Of a stretch of DNA of 64,000 nucleotides, positions 1 to 12,000 are shown in pieces. The notes under the pieces are model-generated. The model did no database searches. It was not told where the DNA came from and saw nothing but the letters and a program-made list of their open reading frames with translations. Positions within the stretch are counted from its first letter, which is position 1, and each line of letters begins with the position of its first letter. A program made the position numbers and the translations under genes. The DNA comes from Stylophora pistillata (Eukaryota): NCBI RefSeq assembly GCF_002571385.2, contig NW_019217964.1, positions 189,829 through 253,828 of the forward strand, read 5' to 3'.

Positions 1-295
1 CAGTTCAAGTACAACTGATGACCCTGTGGCCCTCTATCCCCATCCATCCCACCCCAGGGGAGGACATCCACCACACAGTAATCTCGTGCGTGGGAAATTA
101 ATGTCTCCTGCCCCTAACCCTACGGGAGACGGGACCTCCATTTATTCGTCCTTATCCGAGTAGACTAGAAACTAAGGTAGCAAATTCTTCTCAGTTCTTT
201 AAAGACCTTGAGTGTTGGTCCGGCCGGGGCTCGAACCCTCGACCTCCCGCACAACAGTCCAGCACTCTATCCATTGAGGTAACCAACTGGCTTAC
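1..295 (-). mobile_element. tRNA-derived SINE (MetaSINE-like), 3' end beyond window edge
   Basis: Minus strand reads GGTTACCTCAATGGATAGAGTGCTGG (A-box-like), GGTTCGAGCC (B box), then GGACCAACACTCAAGGTCTT and CGGATAAGGACGAATAAA..AGGTCCCGTCTCC. Clearly homologous to the copy at 20102-20525. Confidence 0.75.
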
Positions 296-539
296 ACTGC
301 TGAAGATTTGTCTTGTCTAAGTAGCAGGAAGTGACTTAGTGCAATGCTACTCCAAAAAAATCATACAGCTGACTGAGATATCAATAACCCTTTAGTTGAG
401 CCAAGCTAGATAGAAAGGATTGGGCACATCCAAAAGAAGGTTTGTCATAACACACACAATACACTAGTACAAGAAACTAACATTCTTTCCTTCTAATTAT
501 TTCACTGTTAATATATTAAAACAGTCAATAAAATCTAAC

Positions 540-2774
540 CATCTTCCTCAACATCCATGTCCTGCTCTTCCCGATCCAGTTCCACTCTTTTTCGTTTCCT
601 GTCACTGCCTAAAGCAGCAGAGTTTGATGACATTCCTCTCATGTGCACATACTTGGCCACTAAATTGTCAATCTGCTGATGAGGCAGCATTGGAGGAGCT
701 CCCACCTCAGCACAACTGTCTCTAACACCTGTAAAATCACAATCAATTCTTTGACTCCCAGAAGTGATTAACATACAACCTCTCCTGATAATATTAATAT
801 TAATACATTATCCAGCAAACAGGTAATAAGAATATTTCAAAACTTGTCAGATTGGAGTTTATCTTGATCTAACACCCAATTCTTGAAATTAGTTTAGAAC
901 AAAATGTGCAGCAACTTAGGTGAGGGGGGGGACCAACAGTCAGATCTTGGGACTAAAAGGGTTAGCACTTTGAATTCAACTGTGACATAATAATACATGT
1001 AACTGATCCATCATTTCTTAAGTGACTTTTTTCCCTTCCCAAGTAAGTACAAATTTAACATTAGGCTTGTAAAAGGTGAGATACAATTATAATATTAAAT
1101 GTAAACTTGTGCTTTTGTTAAGAAATCCACTTCTTGTAAGTAATGGCATTGGAAATAAAGAAATGGTTTGTGTTATCCAAATAAGGTCACATATCCATTT
1201 AGGCAGGATAAAACTTTTGTTTCATAAAATTTGTAAGACAAAGACAGCTTTTTGCATCATTTCCATAAGCTGTAAGTAGATTTACACATAAATATTGAAG
1301 AAAAAGCCTACCAAAATTCATGTACACGACGCTGAACCTTAACAATTTAATACAAGCATCAATTTTAATAGATGTTTGTCTACAAAATTCCTCTTTGCTT
1401 TTCCGTTTGGGAAATTTAGAGTGAGTGTCTAAGAATGAAAAGAACCCTTGGATACCAAATTTTTCAATTATATTTCTTACATCCTGCTTCTTTTATTCCC
1501 TTTTTCAAAGGAAATTTATATATTTGTGTTAGTGAAATATCAGTGAGTATAACCTTATTTCATAATTATTCCCTTAAAAGCAACTGGCCAAACCTAGGAA
1601 TAATGAAACTGACACCACTCAGTGAGCTTTGATGAAACTGATTAGAGCACTTCTTTCCAATTTTCTAGGTATGCAACATTAGGTTATTAAAAATACCTCC
1701 TTCTTACTATCTTCTGCAAGGTACAAACTCACCTTCTGGTAAGGGAATATTGAATCCTGGGTATTCAATGAAAGAACTTCTAAAGTGTTCTTCATTCTCG
1801 TGTTCATCTTCCTCCTCAATGTAATCATTTATGCTGCCATCTCCATCATAAATAAGCAAACTTGGTTTCACAGTCTTTGGTAAATACCCTGGTGGATAAC
1901 CCAAATGTCTCATTCGGTAAATGTATGGTGGCAAATCTTGCTCTGTGATTCCGAGTGCTTCCCTTAGCTCATCAGTAATCAACCCTGGTTTGAACCTTCC
2001 AAAGCGTTTCATTGCTGAATCATCAAGATGGTATCTAGTTCTTAAGTTCACTGGTGAAGCAAACTTATTGTGGAATTCTCGCCTGTTTGCATTGATTCTT
2101 TGCAAATCATGTGTCTCAGGGCAGTCTTGGAGAGAATGTCCAGGATTTCCACAATTGAAACAACAACTCCGACTTTTCAGCTTCAATTTTGGTGTTTCAT
2201 CTGGAGCCAAAACTCGAAAATAAACTTGTTCGTATTGAGGAATTGTCCAACCATCACTGATCTGAGGATTTAGATCAACTAACGGCAGCCCACTGCAGTC
2301 TATACAATATTCATCGTAGTACTGCAAAGAACTAATGATGGAAAAAGGTTGGCTATAACCCTTGTCCTCAGCTAACTTGCCCACTTCATAATTTGTATCA
2401 AAGACGGAAGCTGGAAAATTTTGGCTTCCAAACGACTCTCCCTCATTAAAATCGTCGGTTCGTCGTAGTATAGTTTGAATGAATTCTTCGACCTTTTCTC
2501 TGGATCTAATCGAAGACTTGTTATCGAAAAAAATCCCTTGAAATAAAGGAGAATACCTATCTTGGTGTTCAGCTGTAGTGGCACAGTTCAACTTCCACAC
2601 ACCGATCAAAGATTTCAAAGCATTCTTCAACCGTATGTTTTCTTGTAGTAACGTGTTCCAAGGCGTTTTACCAGGGCAATCATTCCTCTCTTCTGATGGT
2701 CTTTTTGTTTCCTTTTCTGCCTCAAATTCGGTAAAAAGAAGCTCTTCGTCGAAGCACGCATCTTCCGCCGCCAT
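540..2774 (-). CDS. ZCCHC8: Zinc finger CCHC domain-containing protein 8 (NEXT complex scaffold), 5' part; gene probably continues left of the window
   Basis: Exon 1 2774-1733 (donor GAAG|GTGAGT) holds zinc knuckle CFNCGNPGHSLQDCP and PSP domain FKPGLITDELREALG..LPPYIYRMRHLGYPPGY. Exon 2 728-540 (TTTTACAG|GT..GATG|GTTAGA) joins in phase 1 (GVRDSCAEVGAPPM..DMDVEED). Confidence 0.88.
745..964. mobile_element. Degenerate MITE of the TTAA-CCC...GGG-TTAA type (piggyBac-like non-autonomous)
   Basis: Ends CTTTGACTCCCAG and CTTGGGACTAAAAGGGTTA are imperfect inverted repeats; lies in a ZCCHC8 intron. Confidence 0.45.
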
Positions 2775-3036
2775 TTTGGAAAAACATTAGTTGCCAGTCT
2801 CCTGAGTGAGTGAACAGATAAAATTGCTGGAGAATGTTTCCTCCTCTCCTCTGTTAAATTTTGCTACATAATAATGTTATCTATCAATGAAAGCATTTGA
2901 AAAACAGAAGTTAAATTGTGTACAAAAGTTCTCATTTTCAAAGGTTTTGAAATTAATCTTACATGAGATCAGCAGGAGTAAGTTGCCAAAGTGTATAGAT
3001 GAAGCAGTAAAATTTAATGGTTTGAACCAGGAGGTA

Positions 3037-3270
3037 ACATGTGAAAGTGTAGTGTGATCGTCTGGGTGAGTGTAGTCCTGACAGGGACTGTTGTCGGTGG
3101 TGGCGACTGATGTTTCGAGAACCTGTGCAGAATTCATCATCAGAGTCATCACTTGACTCTCAAGATGACTTCTGCACAAATTGTTGAAACGTCATTCAAC
3201 ACCACCAAGAACAGTCCCTTTCAGGACTACATGTACACTCACCCGATGATCACACTACACTTTCACATGT
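3037..3270. mobile_element. Fold-back element of two inverted Penelope-type terminal repeats, each with a degenerate minimal hammerhead motif
   Basis: ~110-bp imperfect inverted arms (ACATGTGAAAGTGTAGTGTGATC...GATCACACTACACTTTCACATGT). Minus arm 3147-3105: GACT-CTGATGA-T-..-GAAACATC-AGTC. Plus arm 3155-3197: GACT-CTCAAGA-T-GAC..GTT-GAAACGTC-ATTC. Confidence 0.75.
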
Positions 3271-4258
3271 ATATGTAAAGGGCACAACAGATCCCTCCAG
3301 CTTTATCACTGCACTTTTTTCCCTTGAATAATCACTCTATTATCCATTCCAGCTGGCAAGAAAGTGGAAGGTTATAAAAAAAGATTGTGAAAATTCCTTT
3401 AAACTTTTAATCAATTCTCACAGCTAGAGACCCATGGCAAACAATCAACTGAATAAGACAGGACTGTTAACACTTGAACACATGAGCTAGGAATCACCCT
3501 TACAAGAGGAATAGTGGTCTCTTACTTTTGTTTTCTCTTTGTATGCTAACTTTGTTAATGTTCTTAGAGAGTAGCCCTGCTTCACCAACACTAACTGACG
3601 ACACACTCTATGAATACTGGATGGGAAAGTTTCAAGTTATGAACAGGGATGAAAGAAATTTCATTAACTCTCTAAATAGTGTGTAAAATCAATATTGGTT
3701 TATTTCACTCAAAGCAAAAGTAAGCATGTCCAAACAGATGCATTCGTGTACTGTATCTTATGCAATGTTGACTGACATCAAACACTATTCTTAATCTAAT
3801 TCTGTACTGTACCGCAGTGTACCATTGAAATGACTGTCAGTAGTACTTGTTAGTTATAGATGTGAAAAATGGCATTGTAATTAGGAAATTAGAGATCACA
3901 TCTTAAAGAACAGTGTTTTTCTGAGAATCTCATTTGTTCCTTCATGAACAAAGTCTTAAAAATTGGATATTGTTAAAATGATCATCATAGCAGATTTAAT
4001 TTAATAAATCAAAGACAGTATTCAAACAGATTGGTTCAAACTTTATGAATTTTTTCTTCAACAGAAATTTAAACCAGAGAAGAAAGAGATGTAAAGAAAT
4101 ATTTACGGCCAAAAGCAAAGTCTGTCCACAGGAAAAATTGCATGTATACAAACAATATTTTTCTTCAGTTTACAGAAAATTAAATCTTTTACATAAAAAC
4201 TTCTTGCAGTTCCTGATAAAAAGTAGTGGGCAGGTATCAGTCAGTATCACACCCTGCA

Positions 4259-5473
4259 TCAAGTGATTCCTAAATAAGGATCATCTTCACCCTGGGACCA
4301 AGTATCACCATCATCATCTCCAAGGTTACCATCTAAACTCTCAATGCCGTCACTTCCTCCATCTACTGAAAGAGGACAAGTCTTGGGGACAGCACCTGTT
4401 GATAGAAAAACAACTCCTTATCAAAGCTTTAAGTTCCTTTTAATTTAGGATTTTCCCGACTCCCCAAGATTTTTCAAGTCTGAACATACAGTGGTGCAAA
4501 CAAGGAATTAGGATATTTCATACTTACAGACAAAGGACACTGGTGTAAATCTTTTGTTAAAACTGATCCTAGATGACATTCTTGATCCCCTTATCCTTTA
4601 GAAAAATAAATTCAAGACAATGAAATTAATGTACTTTAAGCAATGATATCAGATCACTTGGACAAAAAAAACTGTCAATAAAAGCTACTCAATTAATCTA
4701 TATTTTCCCTTTTCTGAAAGTTATGTAATCCTTCAAAATTTCTGAGTTTTAAAGATATTCTAAGCCATCAAATAACATTGATTTAAGCAGTCTTGAATAA
4801 AATTTTCATGTTAACTGCACTTACAATCCACTCTCATTGCTAAGAAACGACTTCAGGAGTGGTGATGACACACTAGTACTTGATTCTGTGAATAAATGAA
4901 TAAATAGATAAATAAACAAATAAATAAATAGATAGAAAAATGAAAAAAAAAAACTCAGAAAAAAAAGCGACAAACAATTTATTCGACTAGATTCCGGTAT
5001 ACATCACTCAAAGTTAAAACTCTAGCGCAACCTTAGCGCATTAAAAGAGTTTAAATTACGTAAACAATATCATGCATGACCTGCCCTAGTGGCACACCAA
5101 TTTGGTTTCAGGATTGTAAAGTATAACAACAGTGATTAGCTTAAAAGACCAAACACTGACACACACTAAGTAGATTCATGAACGATACATTCTTTCTGTA
5201 GGTAAAAGTTAAAAGGGAATCGTAATCGAGAGGAGAATCGATACGATTGACCGGTCTGTCTTCCAAAGCGTGTGTTACAGCAGTAATCAGATGAATTTTG
5301 TACTCACTTTGTGACACATTTTTCAAGACGCAGGAGGACAAATGCTACAACAAATATAAAAATAAAGATCAGTATTAGTATTTATTGGATCGGACTAGTC
5401 TTATGGCATTGATCACCTTTGCCGCAGACGTAGAACGAGTCAGGGAACGCAAACAACGTGCAGCAGCCGCCAT
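4259..5473 (-). CDS. Uncharacterised 119-aa protein with mitochondrial-presequence-like N-terminus and acidic C-terminus (paralogue A)
   Basis: Exons 5473-5417, 5344-5308, 4885-4825, 4595-4528, 4395-4259, all GT-AG, phases 0/1/2/1, 360 nt open frame: MAAAARCLRSLTRSTSAAK-HLSSCVLKNVSQ-KSSTSVSSPLLKSFLSNESG-LIRGSRMSSRISFNKRFTPVSFV-CAVPKTCPLSVDGGSDGIESLDGNLGDDDGDTWSQGEDDPYLGIT*. Confidence 0.8.
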
Positions 5474-5546
5474 TTTGAATTTACCGCTGATCAAGGTACA
5501 TCGCCTTTATCATTCAGCGTGTAAAGCATGATGGGAAGGTAACAAA
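5474..5546. promoter_or_regulatory. 73-bp bidirectional promoter interval with a ZNF143/Staf-binding-site-like motif, flanked by TISU/YY1-like start contexts
   Basis: Minus strand 5538-5521 CTTCCCATCATGCTTTAC closely matches the Staf-binding-site consensus (YYWCCCRNMATSCMYYRCR, one mismatch). Both divergent ATGs sit in CAAAATGGCGGC. Confidence 0.65.
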
Positions 5547-7259
5547 ATGGCGGCGTTATCTGCACGTTGTTTAAGATCATTTGCTCGTGTTTCAGTGCAA
5601 ATGTCGGTAAGAAGTCTAGATAGCCTGATCTAAAGCAATGAAAATAATACACTGACTGACCAGATTTTTATTTTTGCACAGAAAACAGCTCTGAATGCGA
5701 ACAGCGCGACACAAGGTAACCAGTGCTCCAATATTTTTGCTTCCATGGTTGTTGATGTATTAAACGACAAATTATGTAACAGAGCAACATAACGAGCATA
5801 CTATAATCAGTACTATTTATCTTTTTTTAGTGAGAAGTTTGTCCTCTGCAGCAGGAAAATCCATTCTCCGAGACTGTGGATTGTAAGTATTTTTGGGTGA
5901 CGTTGTCACGTGTAAATAGTGTTCTTTTGCGATCAACCGTTTAAGATGGTTTGGTTGATCTGTTTTCTTGAGAATAACCCGTTTTGGTTGATTTAGTTGA
6001 AACCAAATTGAATCAGTTGAAAAGCACGGGCAGTGGGACTCTCGCAGTAAACAAACAAAACTGCTTAGTTACTTGCGCTATTTCTATACCCACTGGATAC
6101 TGAAGGTAGTTGGATGCAATCCCCTTCGCTTGAAAACAGTATGTTTTCTTACGTGAGCTATGGAGAAATCGTGCATCACTCAATCTCTTCATCTTCCAAA
6201 AAATATTTCCTGAAAAGAGCATTTTTTTCCCTTGCTGAAAATTTCAATTCCAAAGTCAATCAAGATCAGTGTAACATTTTGAGACAAGGCAATCAGATAA
6301 ATTCATTTTGTACTGTAATTTGTCTTGTGATGATACATCTAGGCCTGTCTATATAATTGAAGGTTTTGTGTGGGAAAGTTCATGAAAGTAGTTATCCACA
6401 ACTGTGTTTTGCCATTTTACTCATGCAGATTCCTTAACTCACTTTGAACAAAAACCTATCTTTTTTAATATTGATGTGAAAAGTAAATAAAAATAAATTC
6501 TTAAAGATTGATCAAAAGCTGAAAATACAAAGTAGTTTGGGTGAATTTTGGAATAAATGTCATTTGTACTTCAAAAGACCGCAAACTTTTTGCACATTAC
6601 TTGTGTTACTACCAGGCTCAAGACAATAGCAAGGGATAATGTTGTTAGAAATCTTGCCAGGAGACATACAAGGTTATCAGCAGCAGTCAGTAAGTACATT
6701 TTACATGTAATAAGTTACTTTGAGATTCAGGAAACCATGAACACTGAAAATTCATTGAACTTGGCCAGTAGCTCATTTCAAAATTACCCCAAGCCTCTTT
6801 TTCAAAGAGAGTCCCTCCATTTAAATCAGTGTCCACCTTGACCAAGTGACTGCCCATCAAGCCATTGTTGTAGTCTGTTTAATTAATGCTTGGAGGTGTT
6901 AGGTAAGTAATGACAGTACCAGCCATTCTAAAACTGCATAAATTTGTCCATGAAAACAGTTCTTTCCTTAGAGTTTGTTGAAAAATGAAACTGGTGTTAG
7001 AAATAACCCTGAAGATTTGAATTGTTTAGAAACAATCACAGCTATAATGTCAAACAAACTGCAAGGTTATTTCATTATTAATTATTATGTTTCTTTTTTT
7101 ACCTCTGCCTTTTACTTAGATCAAATATTGTTTACATCGGTTGTGGATATGATGTGTGAAGATGAGGAGGGAAATGGTGATGATGATATCACCACGTCAG
7201 AACTTGTTACTGATGAGGATGAAATATTGAAAGTTTCCCGAATCCTTCACACTCTGTAA
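5547..7259 (+). CDS. Uncharacterised 119-aa protein with mitochondrial-presequence-like N-terminus and acidic C-terminus (paralogue B, isoform a)
   Basis: Exons 5547-5606, 5682-5715, 5831-5882, 6616-6689, 7120-7259, GT-AG, phases 0/1/2/1: MAALSARCLRSFARVSVQMS-KTALNANSATQ-VRSLSSAAGKSILRDCG-LLKTIARDNVVRNLARRHTRLSAAV-NQILFTSVVDMMCEDEEGNGDDDITTSELVTDEDEILKVSRILHTL*. AATAAA overlaps the stop. Confidence 0.75.
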
Positions 7260-7433
7260 TAAACTCTGCTGCTGTGCTCTTTAGGGCAATGCCAAATATT
7301 TTCTTGGCTTAACAAATTGTGCCCAAGATATTTCACAATGAAAAAGTTTTATCATCGCTCCACAATTACCAGCAGACTTTGATTTTATCTATGTTTCAAA
7401 GACAGTAAGCAATTTTATTTTTGGTTTTTATAG

Positions 7434-7561
7434 GTTTGGTGATATCAAACCCACCTGTGATGATAGAAAACTCAGAATCAGATGATGATAGTTTGGAGGC
7501 TGTTTGTGGAGATGATGATGAAACATTTTCGTGTTGCGAAGAAGCAATACCTGGTCTCTGA
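7434..7561 (+). CDS. Alternative terminal exon of paralogue B (isoform b, 115 aa)
   Basis: Acceptor TTTTTATAG|GT, phase-1 compatible with exon 4. Encodes SLVISNPPVMIENSESDDDSLEAVCGDDDETFSCCEEAIPGL*, resembling paralogue A's ESLDGNLGDDDGDTWS. Two AATAAA follow (~7648, ~7703). Confidence 0.7.
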
Positions 7562-9098
7562 AACATTTGTAATGAAACAATTGTGAATGTGACCCTATAA
7601 GGTTACATAATGGTTTTATCTGTCTGTAAGATTATCTTTCTTTTTATTAATAAATGTTTTGCCTTAACTATTATCTCTCTGTAAGATTGTCTTACTTTTA
7701 TCAATAAATGGTTTGCCTTAATTATTAACTCAGGTATCTATCTACATCAACCAATCATGAAACCATCTGGAGACAAAATTCTCATGCCAAGAGTTCAAAG
7801 TCAGACTGAGCTAAGCTTGAACCTAAAGTCCCTTAAATCTTGAATACAGCACAACGCCAATCGGTTACCGCTACTCCCCCATTCTCTAAGTTCCCACTCC
7901 TCCAACAGGTATCAGGTTACATCATCCCAGAACTCATTGCGTGATTATCACTATGCTTGTAAACTGACAGTGCATGGATCATAATTGAAACAAACTCGCA
8001 TCATTATTTGGGTTAATATATAAAAATGTTAGATTAAGGAAAACAAATTTGCTCTCAATCCTATGCCTTACAGGAAAGGAAGAGTGAAAAGATAATATAA
8101 ACGGCTTCTTCATGATCCCTGAGTATGAAAAACCCAATTAACTCATCAACTACGTTGTTTTTTTAATGTGTAAGTAATGGAGCGTTTTTAAGATCGCGAT
8201 GAGTGATCGACCTTACACGATGTTAGGGGGGACGAGGTCACTTAACGTGGAGGCGACTTGGCAGGGAAGCGCAGTGATCAGCATTCTCTGCAACAGCTCA
8301 CGAATGAGTCTATTAAAGAGTACCCCTTTTCCTTATTTATATCAACGGCTCATTTTTTACTGGGCTGTCTATTGAAAAGAAAAACAAAACCTTTTTAAGG
8401 CTTAGGGAAAGATTTCGACCCTGGCCTCGACTCACTTACTGCTCGAATACGTACTGTTGTTTATCTCGTTTTGTACTAATTGGATAAAAACACACCAGGT
8501 GTTAGTAGGCAGAAGGTCAAATGAATTAAATTTTTCGCCAATTTTCTCCTGCTATGTAAAGGTGTAAGAATTCAAGCTAAGAGAGTATAAACAGTTTATA
8601 ATCTCTTTTTAAACTTATTTTAAAACAATTCCTTGGCTTTTAAGACCGATTTAACCAGCTTTGAGTTCTATAAACAGGTTATTTCACTTCACTCGAATCA
8701 AATTCGATAAATACTTATCTGTCTGGGTGTATCAGCTTCGGTAGCTTTTTCTTCTTGACTTGTCGAGGTGCACTTACCGCAAAAAGGCTGAATCGTTCAA
8801 TGGCCTCCCAAAGCATCTAATTATTCACAGAGATCTCATCCGTTTACGACTTTTGGCTCTCAGATACGTTTATTTCTTTCTCTATGACCACCTATTGCAT
8901 ATTGTAATTGTGGATTACAGAATAAGAGTTCTTTAACTGCAACGCAGTGACATATAGGTATCCAACCCAAAGTATTCAAAACTTAAGACGAGCTTTATTG
9001 ATAAAATGAATTAAATATATAAACCACCTGTTAGGGGAACTGGTACAAAGCCGACGTAGATTTCATTAAAGCGGCTTTACATACGAAAACACCATAAA

Positions 9099-12000
9099 AT
9101 GGATACCTCTGGAGCAGCCTGTACTAACGGTCATCAGTACTTGATCAGTTTTATCGCCAAAATGAACCAGATGCGAGAATCTGAGGTGCTATGTGATGTC
9201 GTACTAATGACAGAGAATGGAAGCAAAAAGTTCTATGCGCACAGAGCTGTTCTTGCCGCAAGCAGTGCATATTTTTACAAGCTCTATACAGGTACTTCGT
9301 TATCAAGGTACAACAGAGAAACAGTTCTACAAGGCATAACAGACTCTATTCTTCAGATTGTTTTGGATTACATCTACTCTGCTCACATCTTTGTTACTGA
9401 TGCAAACATTGAAGAGATACTTTGCGCTTCTTTTCACTTGGGATTAGAATCGTTGAAACTTGAATGTGAGCAGTTCCTCATTCGTTATATTTGTGTCGAG
9501 AACTGCATCAAAATGACGGCCATGGCTCGCATCTACTCATGCAAGAAACTTCTGCTGGAAGGAAAGAAATTCATGACAGAAAATTTCTTGGAGATTCAAA
9601 ACTCGGAGGAATTCTTCAAAATGCCAAAAGAGCAACTGGAGGAAATTATCGCAGACGACGACTTGAACGTGAAAAATGAGGAACAAATTTTCAATTCAAT
9701 TCGTGCGTGGACAAACTTTGATGTTATTTCAAGGCGTGACTCATTTTCCGACTTATTGAGTCACGTGCGACTGCCTTTCATCGCACGAACCTTTCTGCTC
9801 GGCACGATCGATAAGGATCCGTTAGTGACGTCATGTTCGATTTGTAGAGGTATAGTAGCCGAGGCCATGTCTTACAAAATGGCCGGCCACAAGGAGAAGA
9901 AATTGCTTCAGAATGAGAGAACTAAACGGAGGTAAATGTATGGTTAGAGCAATTTTCAATCGAGTGTCGAGAGTAATCTGGGATTGCATTGATTTTACTT
10001 TGCCTTACTCTGTGTTTGGTCCAGAAAATTCGCGCCACCGTCTCGACCAAACTGAAGCAAAAGTAAAGCCATGTAATTCCGACACAGTCGCTTGCGTGTT
10101 TTCCAGCGCTTTAGACAGTTTGGTTGGTTTTACTTTGAGTTCTCATTGGCTCTTAAGAGAATTTTTCTCTCCTCTGTTAGGACACTCAATCGCAAAGTGA
10201 TTTAAAATTCATCAACTTAGTGGAGGGGCGGGGAGGGGACGCGATGACGTACTGGTCAGCACGCCAGATATCAGGTTGAGAGGTCCTTGAGCGACCTTGA
10301 CTGTTGTGTTCTTAGGCAAGTAACCGCGATAAGATCTGGTTGGAATGGACCCTAGGCTCGAAAGACTTAACTTAGGCCTAAAAGTTCCGTGCTAAACATT
10401 TTTTTTAGGTACTACATGATCGTCAATTCAAAATATCCTTGAAATCCTTTCTCTCTTTGAGAATACCAGGTGGAAGTCTCACTTGACAGATGTTATCATT
10501 CTGGTGGGTGGAGCCATTGAAAATGGCGTCCAAGCTTGCTGTCATTGTTTCAGTCCGCTGACCAATAAATGGTACTGCCTGTCTCCAGTGATTGACAGTA
10601 GGTTGAACTTTGGCCTGGCCAGGTTACATCGCTGGTTGTATGTCGTTGGTGGTTCTACTTCTGGAGAGAATATGAACGTTCTTTCAAGTGTAGAAAGGCT
10701 GGATCCAAAATTCAACACATGGGAGAAAATCACCTCAACTACGTCAGGTAAAAGTGGTAGACAAAGGTCTGAGAAGAAAAATGCAGTCTCCTGAGATTCT
10801 CAATGAATGTGAATTAAGTCCTGTAGTGTATCCTACGCTAACAATTTAAGAACTGTTATACTCAGGCAAGAAAGAAGACCTTGTCGAGCTAGAGAAGGAG
10901 GATTAAAGGTGTGAAAACTTTAACTCAAAATGAGAACAACGAGGTTTGAACGCAGAAAGCATAACTCTAGCCCTAAGAAAACAATTCAAGCTAAAAGATA
11001 TACCCAGAAATTTATCCGCAGCTGACCCCTGAGTTAATTGCGACAGAAAGAAATTTCATATATCAAGGTTTGTTTCTTTTTTATTTTTCGTTTGTTTGTT
11101 TATCTTTAGGTCGCTTTAACCACGAGACCGTCGAGCTCAATGGGAAAATTTACGTCGTGGGAGGGGTCCTGGGAAATAGTAATCAGGAGCAAGCAATGGA
11201 TTGCTATGATCACGTGACTGATTCTTGGTTCTCGCTGTCCTCGCCCCGTCAGACCCGTTTTACACACTGTGCTGTGTCATTGGATGGATATGTTTATGTT
11301 ATTGGGGGTAAAGATGCTCTGAGAAAATTCGGCTCTAAATGATAACATAGTTCTCTCCAAATAGTTTCGTTTGAGTTTCATTTCCTGTCAATTATGTACC
11401 TCGTCTTTGTTAGCTTCAAAGTAATTGTTGGTTTTCCAACACATTTTTTTAGGATTTAAGCGACACTAGAGGCGGTTGTAGTTGGTATCAGGTTCGTGTT
11501 TGTATTAAACTAAAAATTGTCCGTCTGTGCTTGAGCCGTCACGGTAATGTCTCAGTCTGATTGAACCGGACTATATTGTGGGTCCAGAGCTCTCCGACAC
11601 TTGCTATAAATTATGGTGACTCTTAACCTCTGAATCACATTGCAAAAAGATAAACCTGAGTATACCGATTGCAATTCGGACAGCAAAGATCCCAAGGTGT
11701 AGACTCCGCATTTTAATAAAGCACATAGAGCTAGAACCACATGGCAGGCCTTCATCTCTAAAAAGAATTATTATTATTATGAGAGGTCGCTGACCAAAAA
11801 ATTAGCGTCTGTTCGAGGTTAACAAAAGAAATAGTGCTTTGATATCGACTGATTAAAAAACAAGTATCAAAAACAACGAAACCGATGGGAGCCTTTTGTA
11901 GAACACTCTTTCCGTTTAATTTTGCTGAGAACATGCAGTTGTTAAGCTTTTCTTATATCATTCTTCTGAAGGTGTCTCCAAAAACAACACAGTCCTGAAA

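Noticed and set aside
4241-4261. Three closely spaced in-frame TGA codons at the end of paralogue A suggesting selenocysteine or readthrough
   Set aside because: No SECIS-like structure recognised by eye, and the paralogous exons stop at the equivalent position.
7620-7725. ~55-bp tandem duplication in the 3' UTR of paralogue B
   Set aside because: Ordinary local duplication; its only visible effect is a second AATAAA.
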